A stretch of 64,000 bases of DNA, taken from contig CAVOXA010000010.1 in assembly GCA_963700285.1 (NCBI GenBank), positions 1,056,001 through 1,120,000 of the forward strand. The letters are read 5' to 3'. The notes beneath the pieces are model-generated. The model saw nothing but the letters and a program-made list of their open reading frames with translations. It searched no databases and was not told the origin of the DNA. The translations under genes were made by a program, and so were the position numbers. This document shows, piece after piece, positions 1-9,708 of the stretch. The DNA is from an uncultured Chloroflexia bacterium (GTDB lineage Bacteria > Chloroflexota > Anaerolineae > JAAYZQ01). Every line of letters begins with the position of its first letter. Position 1 is the stretch's first letter.

Positions 1-549
1 GACCTCGCCCTCTACCTCGTAGAGCTGCTTGTGCTCAAAAAAGATCACGGGGTTGTTGTCGCGAATGGCACTCTTGAGCAGACCTTTGGCGTCGTACGGC
101 GTGCTGGGCAGCACAACCTTGAGCCCGGCCACAAAGGCGAACATCGACTCAAACATGTGTGAGTGCTGGGCTGCAGCCGACACATAGCCGCCTACAGGCG
201 CCCGAAGTACCAGAGGCACCGAGATCACACCACCAAACATGTAGCGCATGTTGGCCGCCTGGTTGATCAACATGTCGGAGGCAATCGTGATCCAGTCTGA
301 AAACTGGAGCTCGACCACTGGGCGGAGCCCTGTCGCCGCCGCGCCAACTCCCACTCCGGTGTATCCCGCCTCCGACACGGGCATGTCGATTATCCGTTCT
401 GGTCCGAATTCCTCATAGAGTCCCCGGGTGGCGCCGAAAGCGCCGCCGTAGGGACCGATGTCAATTCCCCATAGTACCACGGTTGGATCCCGGCGCAGTT
501 CTTCGGCCATGGCTTCTGCTAGTGCTTGTGCGTAGGTTAGGGTTCTCAT
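1..549 (-). CDS. TPP-dependent dehydrogenase E1 beta subunit (acetoin/pyruvate dehydrogenase type), runs off the left edge
   Basis: Manual translation from the ATG at 549 gives MRTLTYAQALAEAMAEELRRDPTVVLWGIDIGPYGGAFGATRGLYEEFGPERIIDMPVSE...AAQHSH...LKVVLPSTPYDAKGLLKSAIRDNNPVIFFEHK. GGAG SD upstream; lies directly downstream of E1 alpha. Confidence 0.92.
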   Translation of the reverse strand, partial: MRTLTYAQALAEAMAEELRRDPTVVLWGIDIGPYGGAFGATRGLYEEFGPERIIDMPVSEAGYTGVGVGAAATGLRPVVELQFSDWITIASDMLINQAANMRYMFGGVISVPLVLRAPVGGYVSAAAQHSHMFESMFAFVAGLKVVLPSTPYDAKGLLKSAIRDNNPVIFFEHKQLYEVEGEV

Positions 550-572
550 GCGTATCACTCCTTGATCCAGGG

Positions 573-1533
573 CTAGGCCCACAGGTCTTCCAGCGCCGAC
601 TCGGGCTCGGGTAGCGGGCTTGTGCGGGCGAACTCGACCGCCTGGTTCAGTTCCTCCAAGACATCCGACTCGACCTTGTCCGCCTCAGCGCCGGTTAGAA
701 CGCCCTGATCGATCAACAGCTTCCGGTAGGGGGCGATTGGCTCTCGCTCGAGCCAGGCTTCCACCTCCTCCGGTGGACGATAGGTATCGGGCTCTCCCTC
801 AAAGTGCGTTCGCCAGCGATAGGTCTTGCACTCGATCAACGTCGGCCCCATGCCAGCCCTGGCCCGGTCCACCGCTTCCTGGCAGGCTTCGTAGACAGCA
901 AGGACATCATTGCCGTCGATGGCCAGACCCGGTATCGCATAGCCCACGGCCCGGTCGGCAATGTCTTCCACCTTGCGCACGTCGCTCTGCCTTGTGCCGA
1001 CGGCATACAGGTTGTTCTCACATACGTATACGACCGGCAGGTCAAAGGCTGCAGCGATATTGACCGCCTCGTGGAACGTGCCCTGGTTTGAGGCACCGTC
1101 GCCAAAAAAGCAGACGGCCACCTGGCCCTGACTTGCGCAGTTTGGCCGAGAGACCGGCGCCGGTCGCGATGGGCAGGCCGGCCCCGACGATGCCATTGGC
1201 GCCCAGGATGCCCAGGCGGGGGTCGGCGATGTGCATCGAGCCGCCCTTGCCCTTGTTGTAGCCGGTGGCCTTGCCGTACAGTTCGGCCATCATCAGCTTG
1301 ATGTCGCCACCCTTGGCGATGATATGGCCGTGACCACGGTGGGTGCTGGTGATAAAGTCGTCGTCATTGAGCGCAGCGCAGGCGCCGACGGCGACCGCCT
1401 CCTGGCCCAGGTAGAGGTGCACAAAACCTGGCATCTCTCCTGCGGCGAATAGGTCCTTGACGCGGTCCTCAAAATGGCGGACCTTGAGCATCCGCTCGTA
1501 CATCAGGAGCAGCTTCTCACGTGAGATTTCCAT
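573..1533 (-). CDS. TPP-dependent dehydrogenase E1 alpha subunit (AcoA/PdhA-like), one frameshift near 1127
   Basis: The N-terminal ORF 1042..1533 has GFVHLYLGQEA, STHRGHGH and GKGGSMH. The C-terminal ORF 573..1196 has the TPP motif GDGASNQG...ENN and TYRWRTH. Removing one G (TCAGGGCCAG) joins them. Confidence 0.9.
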
Positions 1534-1548
1534 TCTCCTACCCTTTCT

Positions 1549-2337
1549 TTAGCCTTCCAACAAGGCCAGGCACATCGCCATCGCCTCTTCGCTGGGCGCT
1601 ATCGGATCCAGCTCAAACCCCACGTACTGGTCATAGCCTGCCTCACGAAGGGCTTTGAAGATATTGGCATAGTTGAGTTCACCTGTGCCCGGCTCGTGGC
1701 GACCAGGAACATCTGCCACGTGAACGTGTCCAATCACATCCAGGTTGCCGGTGAGGGTCTGGATAACATTGCCCTCCATGACCTGCATGTGGTAGATGTC
1801 ATAGAGCACCTTGATGCACGGACTATCCACTGCGCGCACCAGCTCAAAACCGGTGGCAGAGCAGTCCAAGAAATAGCCGGCGTGGTCCACCTGGCTGTTC
1901 AGGGACTCGAGCACCAGCGTGACACCAGCCTCCTCAGCCAGAGGGGCGATCATCTTGAGTCCTGCGAGCACACTCGCGTATTTTTCCTCGGCCGTTAGCT
2001 CCGGGTACTGGAAGCGAACAGACCGGTCTTCGGCCAGCTCATCGGTGAGCAGAAACAGCCCGGGCGACCCGACCTCGCGGGCTTTTTCCAGGCTCTGGGC
2101 GATGCTGGCCACAAACCCCTCCCGTTGCTCGGGGTGAATGAGCGTGCCGCCCAAGTTGGCCTGGAACGAGGCAATGCCGATGCCCGCCTTTTCCGCCGCC
2201 GACTTGATGGCGGGCAGGTCCTTGTTGTCCCAATTCCAGAACTCGATGGCATCAAAACCGGCTGCCGCCGACTTGGCGATGCGCTCCATGAATGGAACCT
2301 CGGTATAGATCATTTCGATACAGACTGAAGATTTCAT
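1549..2337 (-). CDS. Hydroxypyruvate isomerase (Hyi)-like TIM-barrel isomerase
   Basis: Motifs GFDAIEFW, LESLN, LYDIYHMQVMEG and HVHVADVPGRHEPGTGELNY. Confidence 0.85.
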   Translation of the reverse strand: MKSSVCIEMIYTEVPFMERIAKSAAAGFDAIEFWNWDNKDLPAIKSAAEKAGIGIASFQANLGGTLIHPEQREGFVASIAQSLEKAREVGSPGLFLLTDELAEDRSVRFQYPELTAEEKYASVLAGLKMIAPLAEEAGVTLVLESLNSQVDHAGYFLDCSATGFELVRAVDSPCIKVLYDIYHMQVMEGNVIQTLTGNLDVIGHVHVADVPGRHEPGTGELNYANIFKALREAGYDQYVGFELDPIAPSEEAMAMCLALLEG

Positions 2338-2370
2338 GTCCCTACCTCCTTTGACAGTCGTTCAATCTTG

Positions 2371-3499
2371 TCACCGGACTAGCACGTCCGGAACATCGAT
2401 AGCGCCGTTGGCCGTTTCTATGGTTCGCATCGGCCAACCCGGTCCCGCCGATGCGAGTTCCACTCCATCTTCGGTGAGGAGTGTAAACTCCTCAAACTTG
2501 GCGCCAGTGATGGTGACAAAGTAATCGTAGGCCTGCCGTTGGACGACGCGCGCCTCCGGATCCTGGCATCGAGCAGCATCCGCAAGGATATAGCCCGTAA
2601 TGCCACCCTGGAAATGGTACATCCATTCGCCAGAATAGCCCAGCACCCGGTAGAGGCGAATCTGCTCGGCTAGGATGTCGGCGAAAAGCACACCTGGCGC
2701 CAGCATCATGGCCACGTGTCCCCCAATGGTGGCCGTGCCGTCTGATGGCCCGCCTGATGTGCGAGGGGGGCTCCCCAAAGTGCACCAAGCGGGTGATATT
2801 GGCATGCAGCCCCCATCGTCGCGCGGCGGGATGCAGCAGCGCATATTGCTGCAGCCGATTCTCGGTCGGGATAGGATGCCGGTAGTCCCTGATCCGGTCA
2901 TCAAAGCCAACGATGAGAACATCGATGGTCAGACCCTCAAGCGCGTAGCGCTGTAGCAGCGTGGCGGCGACTTCTTGTTCGCTCAGCCCGGGTTCCAGTT
3001 CGTGGGCTACCTCGGCCAGAATCCGGTTGGCAGTCCGGCCTATCCAACGGCAGCGGCGCAGGTCAAGATCGGTGAGCGGGTAATGCAGGTCCACCAGGGC
3101 AGAACCGCAGGGCCGGGCGCCGGACAAAGCGAAATCAGCACCCACCTCCATACCTTTGGTAAGCTGGAGGATCTTGTCCTCGGGCGAACCCTGGTGCCAG
3201 TAGCGGGTGACGAGTTCATAACCCTGCCCTGCCACCTGTTCATCGATGAAACGCTGGCCGTCCATGGAATAGGAAACGAGCCATTTGTGGTTCCTGGTGA
3301 TGACCAGATAGCCAAAACCCATTTCGCTGGTCGTGACGACATGGTTGTCGCCACCAGCCGTCAGCCAGGCAAAGTTGTCCTGGCGCCCGATGACCAGAGC
3401 GTCCAGCCCCTCCCGCTCCAGAAAAGCGCGGACCCGCTCTTCCCTGATCCTGGCTGACGCCAGGATCTGCTCTTGGTTTCCAATTTGCTCCATGCCCAA
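2371..3499 (-). CDS. M24 (Xaa-Pro peptidase/creatinase-fold) family protein, frameshift near 2745
   Basis: N-terminal creatinase-like domain (LEREGLDALVIGRQDNFAWLTAGG), PGLSEQEVAA, YRHPIPT and GLHANITRLVHFG. The C-terminal HFQGGITGY lies in the next frame. Confidence 0.75.
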
Positions 3500-3678
3500 T
3501 CTCCCGTCCAGTTCTCAACCTAGTGCAAGGCGCATTTGGTCCTGTTTCTCTCGGGTCCTATTCCCGTGGCCTCTAGCATCTATGCTCTTGGTGTACTCGG
3601 TTACGAGCATCACTTTACTCGTTTTCTCCATCTCTGTCAATGTTTCTTCTGTTCAAGTGTCAGGATCCTGGGTCTTGA

Positions 3679-4980
3679 CTACGATTCTGCGGTGGCTATT
3701 TGAACGCATCTTTGGTCAAAGCTAGCCATCACGTCCGCCCCGTGGGTAACCACGCCAATGCGCGACGCACTCCCATGGCGATCCAAGGCTGCTGCCAGAG
3801 CCTCATCGAGGCTCCGTGTTGCCCTGGCGCCAATGCGAACGGCCTCCTTGTCTGGTATACCATCCGTCACCAATGTGACATTCACCCGTTGGCGCGTCTG
3901 ATCCCAGGCCAGGTACGTGGCGGCCGCCACCTCATCCTGGATCTCCCCACGTTCCACCATCTTGCACACTTGGTCGCCGGATGTCTGTCCAAGTTCTATG
4001 AGTGAGGGGTGGTCGGGAGCAATGCCCTCCGGTGCTGGAATAATCAAGATCAAGGTACCCCCGTCCCTGACCATCATGCCGCAGTTGTTCACTGGTTTGA
4101 AGCCCTGCCACAGATCACGATCTGCCGGGTGAGAGCCAGCGACCACGATGTCAACCTGGTCTTCCAACGCAACGGTATAGATTGGGCGGGCGATTTCAAC
4201 GCCGGCCCGATGTGCTTTGACCACATTGCCAGCTACCACTGCCACTACACCACCATCACGGTTCAAGACCACGTTCACAATGAATTTAAGTCCGGAAGCG
4301 ATGGCCATCTGCTCCATCTCGCGCCGGACTGGGTTGTCTGTCTTGCCCAGGATATCATATACACAAGGCCCCGCCATCAGATGCGTCTTGGCCGTGGTCA
4401 CTGAGCTGGTAATGCCTGGCTGAATCATCTTGGCTCCACCAGCCCAGCCAGCGTACATGTGGGGTATTATGTTGCCCACAGCGATGCTGAGATCGCTCTC
4501 GAGGTAGCGTCGACTGACCTGGATGGGTACACCCGACGGCGTGGCACCCAAGTCCACAAAAGCTTGAGGTGCCTGCGAGAGATTGTCAACTGATATGCGC
4601 GCCATCACCTTGGCGCCGAAGCGAGCGATGCGCTCTGTTTCGCTCATAGGGCGATGGGTGCCAAGCGCGATGATGGCCGAGATCTGCGAGTCCAGCACCC
4701 CGGCCTGGTTCAGCTCATCCAACAGAACGGGCAGAATGCGGCTTTGGGGAGTCAACCGCGTATTGTCATCTACGAGGATGACGGTTCTTGTGCCATGATC
4801 TGCAGCCAGTTGAGTGAGGCCGGGCGAACCTATGGGAGAGCGAAGGGCGGCACGAACTGCCTCTTCAAGGTTTTCTACGGGCGGCACGTTCTTCGGGGCT
4901 ACGGTCCAGGCCAGGTTCACTTCGGGAATGTGAAGTGTTTTGCTTTCATCGCCGTACGGAATTGCGATCTCCCGATGCAT
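3679..4980 (-). CDS. LarA-family nickel-pincer-dependent 2-hydroxyacid racemase/epimerase
   Basis: Motifs DDNTR, ALGTHR, IIPH..AGWAGGAK, KTH and LWQGFK. Start placed at MHREIAIPYG, after a GAGGG SD. Confidence 0.88.
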   Translation of the reverse strand: MHREIAIPYGDESKTLHIPEVNLAWTVAPKNVPPVENLEEAVRAALRSPIGSPGLTQLAADHGTRTVILVDDNTRLTPQSRILPVLLDELNQAGVLDSQISAIIALGTHRPMSETERIARFGAKVMARISVDNLSQAPQAFVDLGATPSGVPIQVSRRYLESDLSIAVGNIIPHMYAGWAGGAKMIQPGITSSVTTAKTHLMAGPCVYDILGKTDNPVRREMEQMAIASGLKFIVNVVLNRDGGVVAVVAGNVVKAHRAGVEIARPIYTVALEDQVDIVVAGSHPADRDLWQGFKPVNNCGMMVRDGGTLILIIPAPEGIAPDHPSLIELGQTSGDQVCKMVERGEIQDEVAAATYLAWDQTRQRVNVTLVTDGIPDKEAVRIGARATRSLDEALAAALDRHGSASRIGVVTHGADVMASFDQRCVQIATAES

Positions 4981-5050
4981 CTGATTGCCGCCCTCTGAGA
5001 TGGTCATGATTGCACAGGTACAGGATCCCCCATGTCGACCGCGGATCTGG

Positions 5051-6571
5051 CTATCCTTCGCGCCAGTACTGCTTTGTGGCATCAAAGAAAGGCTGGTAGT
5101 CCCACTTGGGCAGCCCTGTGGTGCGCATCGCCTTTTTGATGAGCCCGCGCCTTGCCATACTGTCGTCAATATCCAGCTCGATTTGCTCGGGATCAAAGGT
5201 CGCTAGCAAAAGCTCGTGCATTTCGGATTCGACTTTTCCATATTCGGGCTGCCCGGCCAGATTGTTCCACTCCCTAGCATCCTTGGCCAGGTTGAACAGC
5301 CGCGGGGCAAAACCAGTCGTGTGGATGTACTTGTAATCTCCCTTCCGAACCATGAAGCTCGTGGTGGTGATGCCCTCGGTGTGGTGCTCGGCGAATATGG
5401 CCCGTTCGGCATCTCGCTCACCATCCATAAGCTGTACCACACTATGGCCGTCCACAGGCACGATGCTGTTCTCGTCGACACCGGCAATATCGAGCAGCGT
5501 GGGCATCACATCCACAAGGGATACCGGCTCTTTGACGATATCCCCACCCTCCCAACGCGGTGGGTAGGAGAGGAGCCACGGCACGCGCGCCGCGAACTCG
5601 TAAAAGACCCGCTTCTGGATCATCCGCCGCTCGCCAAGCATGTCCCCGTGATCGCTGATGAATACAATCGCCGTATTCTCTCGAAGGCCCATGTCCTCCA
5701 AGGTCTGGAGCAGCTCGCCCACTTTGCGGTCTATGTAGGTCACCGACCCATAGTAGGCGCGGCGCATATTATACTGTGCTCGTTCATCGTCTAGATCGAC
5801 CAGATGCGTGCCATGGAAGGTATTGAGTTGTTTGTCCATGGGATGTTCAAGCTCGGCCAGGTTATCAGGTATCTCGGGCAGATCGATCTCCTTGCCTTCG
5901 TACAGATCCCACAGTTCTTGAGTCACGTGCAACGGCTCATGGGGATGCGTATAGGAGACACAAAGGAAGAAAGGCCGTTCATCGCGAGGAGGGAGTTCCT
6001 TCTGCAGGCTGCCTGAATAGTTGCTGCGCTTGGAACGGAGATACTCCAGCGCTCGAAATTGGGTCTCTTCGTCATAATCTAGCTGCATACTCCACTGGCG
6101 AACACCGCCCGTCACGTGGTCGATGGCCATGGGGTTGATATGGAACGCGGAAAAATCGCCAAAGCCCCCCTTGGGCCGTTCTGGAAGCCAATTAAAGTCC
6201 GAAGGATAGATGTCAGGGGTGAGACGCCGCTCAAAGCCGTGGAGCTGGTCAGGCCCGATGAAGTGCAACTTGCCTGATGCCACCGTATCATAGCCCTGGA
6301 TCGACAGGTAATGACATAGCGTGGGGACATCAGCAGGGAACAACGCGCCATTGTCGTAGGAGCCGATGCGGGACACATAGCTACCGGTCATGATGGAGCT
6401 GCGCGCGGGCGCACAGATCGGACAGCTCGTATAGGCATTGTCGAACCGCACACCTTCTGCAGCCAATCGCTCCAAATTGGGAGTTTCGACCACCGGATGC
6501 CCATAGACACCGGACAGTTCAGCCACCATTTGGTCGCAGATGATCATAAGGATGTTTGGCTGTTCAGCCAT
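5051..6571 (-). CDS. Cys-type sulfatase, choline-sulfatase (BetC)-like
   Basis: Motifs PNILMIICDQ, CAPAR (CxPxR), GKLHFIGPDQLHGFE, SDHGDMLGER and a C-terminal WDYQP. Confidence 0.88.
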   Translation of the reverse strand: MAEQPNILMIICDQMVAELSGVYGHPVVETPNLERLAAEGVRFDNAYTSCPICAPARSSIMTGSYVSRIGSYDNGALFPADVPTLCHYLSIQGYDTVASGKLHFIGPDQLHGFERRLTPDIYPSDFNWLPERPKGGFGDFSAFHINPMAIDHVTGGVRQWSMQLDYDEETQFRALEYLRSKRSNYSGSLQKELPPRDERPFFLCVSYTHPHEPLHVTQELWDLYEGKEIDLPEIPDNLAELEHPMDKQLNTFHGTHLVDLDDERAQYNMRRAYYGSVTYIDRKVGELLQTLEDMGLRENTAIVFISDHGDMLGERRMIQKRVFYEFAARVPWLLSYPPRWEGGDIVKEPVSLVDVMPTLLDIAGVDENSIVPVDGHSVVQLMDGERDAERAIFAEHHTEGITTTSFMVRKGDYKYIHTTGFAPRLFNLAKDAREWNNLAGQPEYGKVESEMHELLLATFDPEQIELDIDDSMARRGLIKKAMRTTGLPKWDYQPFFDATKQYWREG

Positions 6572-6587
6572 ATGCTTTCATTCCTTT

Positions 6588-8099
6588 CTAACCGTAGATT
6601 GCTTGTTTCTTGATGGGCGGTCCACCCTCTACCTGCAGATCGTTGGGGTACTTGGCTGCCAGCTTCTCGGCCCAATGGAGCCTACCTGTCTGGCACAGGC
6701 GCTCGATGTAGGCCGGCAGCCAGCCTCGAGTATCCTGGGGCCCACCCTCAACGATCACCGACCACATCGGATCTTGAGCGTGCGTCGCCGAGTGTAGCAT
6801 CTGGCCGTACCAAGCGTCCAGCAGGATCATGGCCCGGCCCACCAGGTCGGGACGTTCCGGTGCGAGGTCGTACTGCTCGTGCGGGTCTCTTGTTACGTCG
6901 AACAGCAGCACGTCATTGGGAAAGCACTGATAGCCATCGTGGTAGAGCCGTATGCACAGATAGTCGTCAAAGCGGATAGAGCGGGTGAACGAAGCGGCAC
7001 CGGCACTGAAGACCAGATAATCCCTACCAGACTCTGCTCCCGTCCCAATGGTCTCAGCGAAACTCGAACCGTCCCAATTCTCCGGGACCGTGCCATCGAC
7101 CAACTCGACAACCGTCGCCGCGAGATCGAACTGGTAATGAAGAGCCCAGTCCACTCCTCCACCTGACCGCGGAGGGACACCCGGCCAGCGGACAATCAGC
7201 GGTTGGCGTGCCGAACACTGGTCCGCCAGGCGGTGGCCGGCATAGATATTCAATTCTCCAAGGCTCTCGCCGTGATCGGCAGAGATGATAACCGCCGTAT
7301 TCTCCAATACACCCAGCCTCGCCAAGGTGTCAAGCAGGAATCCGATGTGGCTATCCACATACCGCAGGCTCGTGTCGTAGCCATCGAACATCTTGCGGAC
7401 CTCGTGCATCGACGTCATCTGCCCAGGGGTCCTGGGGTACTTGGGGAAACGAACGTGAAAGCTAAAGGTGTCCTGGGCTGAGCGGATGCCGCAGCCATCC
7501 CAGTGTTCCTGGCGGATCTCTTCCGTGAGCCAGGCGGGTATCGGCTCATCTTTGAACGGATCCCCAAAATCATCGGGGGTGCGGTAGGGCCAGTGCACGT
7601 CCCAGAAGTTGACGTGCAGGAACCAGTCGTCCTCTTGACCGTTTCTCTCCAGCCAGTCGATGGCGAGAGATGACATCTCCTCGGCCATCTCTACGCTCTG
7701 CCGGTCGACGTTATAGATCTCTGAAAAGCCCGCCAGCCAATTGAACTGCGAATGTCGCTCAGCAAAGGCGCTGACAGTGACCGTCCTATAGCCCTGATCG
7801 CGAAGGCAGCGCATCCAGTTGGTCTTGCCCAGGGTGGAGCGGAAACCCCGCGGTGGACCCTCTACAAAGTGATCGGCCGCAGTGCCCAGATGGTCGACGA
7901 CACCGGTATGGATACCAAATCTGCCCGTGTATAGTGCAGTCCGCGAGGGGCCGCAGGGGCCGTCCGAATAGTAACAGTTTTCGAACCGGATCCCCTCCGC
8001 CGCGACCCGGTCGATGTTGGGGCTGGTATCTCGATGATAGCCATAACATCCCAGATGATCCGGGCGCAAGGAGTCGATGTCAATGAACAGAATGCGCAC
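6588..8099 (-). CDS. Cys-type sulfatase
   Basis: Motifs RILFIDIDSLRPDHLGCYGY, CGPSRTALYTG (CxPxR), DVHWPY and ADHGESLGE. GTG start after AAGGAG. Confidence 0.88.
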   Translation of the reverse strand: MRILFIDIDSLRPDHLGCYGYHRDTSPNIDRVAAEGIRFENCYYSDGPCGPSRTALYTGRFGIHTGVVDHLGTAADHFVEGPPRGFRSTLGKTNWMRCLRDQGYRTVTVSAFAERHSQFNWLAGFSEIYNVDRQSVEMAEEMSSLAIDWLERNGQEDDWFLHVNFWDVHWPYRTPDDFGDPFKDEPIPAWLTEEIRQEHWDGCGIRSAQDTFSFHVRFPKYPRTPGQMTSMHEVRKMFDGYDTSLRYVDSHIGFLLDTLARLGVLENTAVIISADHGESLGELNIYAGHRLADQCSARQPLIVRWPGVPPRSGGGVDWALHYQFDLAATVVELVDGTVPENWDGSSFAETIGTGAESGRDYLVFSAGAASFTRSIRFDDYLCIRLYHDGYQCFPNDVLLFDVTRDPHEQYDLAPERPDLVGRAMILLDAWYGQMLHSATHAQDPMWSVIVEGGPQDTRGWLPAYIERLCQTGRLHWAEKLAAKYPNDLQVEGGPPIKKQAIYG

Positions 8100-8149
8100 A
8101 CTTTGTCTCCTTCGTGAAAGCCTGAGACGCAAAGGCTGGAGGCTCTGCG

Positions 8150-9667
8150 CTACCCCTCACGCCAGTACATCTCACGGGCATCAAAGAAGGGCTGGTAATC
8201 CCACTTGGGCAAGCCCGTGGTCTCCATGGCCTGCTTGATGATACGCCGGCGGGCCAGGCTTGCCACCAGATCCCGCTCGATCTGGTCGGGGTTAAAGTTG
8301 GCCAGGAGAAGGGCATGGAGTCGAGATTCGATCTCTTTGTTCTCGGGGCTACCAGCCAAGTTGTTCCACTCTCCAGGATCCTCAACCAGGTTGTACAACT
8401 GTGGAGCATATCCGGCCGTGTGGATGTACTTGAAATCGCCGTGACGGACCATGAAGCAGGTCATGGTCGTCCCGCCAGCGTGGATCTCGGCAAACACCGT
8501 GCGGTCCGGATCTCGCTTGCCTTCAGCCAGGGGGATCACGCTGCGGCCGTCTATGGGCAGGATCTCGTCCCCCCGCACACCGCCTAGATCGAGGATGGTT
8601 GGCATCACATCGACGATGGAAACTGGTTCCTGAACGACGGTACCCCGCTCTTCCATACCCGGGTAGGACATGATCCAGGGTATCCTTGACGAATACTCGT
8701 AGAAGGAGCGCTTTTGGATCATCCGTCGCTCTCCCAGCATATCTCCGTGGTCGCTCAGAAACAAAATAGCTGTGTTCTCGCGCAGACCCAAGTCCTCCAA
8801 GGCCTGGAGTAACTCACCCACCCTCTCATCGATCCAGGTAATCAATCCATAGTAGGCCCGGCGCATATTATACAGGGCCTCCTCGTCGTTGAGGTTCACT
8901 TGATGGGTACCGTGATAGTGATTCAGCATCGTATCCATCGGGTGCTCATAGTCCTGCAGATCGCCTGGGATCTCGGGCAGGTCGATCTCTTTGCCCTCGT
9001 ACAGATCCCAGAACCTTTGTGGTACGTGGAAGGGCTCGTGTGGATAACAGTAAGAGACCTGCATGAAAAAGGGACGCTCGTCGCGTGGAGGGAGCTCCTT
9101 CTGCAGCGAGCCGGTGTACTGGCTCCGTTTGGAGCGCAGGTACTCCAAGGCACGAAAATGGACTTCCTCATCAAAGTCAGCTTCCTGGCTCCACTGCCGC
9201 ACGCCAGCCGTCACATAGTCGATGGCGATGGGATGGGCGTGGTATCCCGCACGGTCCTTGAAGCCGCCTTTGGGCCGGGGCGGCAGAAAGTTAAAGTCTG
9301 CTGGATGAAAATCGGTGGTCAGCCGCTTCTCAAAGCCATGGAGCTGGTCGGGCCCGATAAAGTGCATCTTTCCGGCTGCGACAGTATCGTATCCGGCGAT
9401 GGACAGATAATGACTGAACGTGGGCTGGTCTGCCGGGATCAGGGCGCCGTTGTCGTAACATCCCGTACGAGAGCCATACATCCCCGTCTTCAGGGCACCG
9501 CGGGCCGGTACGCAGATGGCGCAGCTTGTGTAGGCGTTGTCAAAGCGAACGCCTTCTGCCGCCAGCCGGTTTAGATTCGGCGTCTCGACCACCGGATGTC
9601 CGTAGGCACCGGTGAGCTGGGCCACCATCTGATCACACGTGATTAGCAGAATATTCGGCTGCTGCAT
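8150..9667 (-). CDS. Cys-type sulfatase, choline-sulfatase (BetC)-like; close paralog of 5051..6571
   Basis: Motifs CVPAR, GKMHFIGPDQLHGFE and SDHGDMLGERRMIQKR. Ends WDYQPFFDAREMYWREG. Confidence 0.88.
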   Translation of the reverse strand: MQQPNILLITCDQMVAQLTGAYGHPVVETPNLNRLAAEGVRFDNAYTSCAICVPARGALKTGMYGSRTGCYDNGALIPADQPTFSHYLSIAGYDTVAAGKMHFIGPDQLHGFEKRLTTDFHPADFNFLPPRPKGGFKDRAGYHAHPIAIDYVTAGVRQWSQEADFDEEVHFRALEYLRSKRSQYTGSLQKELPPRDERPFFMQVSYCYPHEPFHVPQRFWDLYEGKEIDLPEIPGDLQDYEHPMDTMLNHYHGTHQVNLNDEEALYNMRRAYYGLITWIDERVGELLQALEDLGLRENTAILFLSDHGDMLGERRMIQKRSFYEYSSRIPWIMSYPGMEERGTVVQEPVSIVDVMPTILDLGGVRGDEILPIDGRSVIPLAEGKRDPDRTVFAEIHAGGTTMTCFMVRHGDFKYIHTAGYAPQLYNLVEDPGEWNNLAGSPENKEIESRLHALLLANFNPDQIERDLVASLARRRIIKQAMETTGLPKWDYQPFFDAREMYWREG

Positions 9668-9708
9668 CAGTTACACCTCACAAGAAAAGTTGACTGTCGA
9701 CAAACCTG

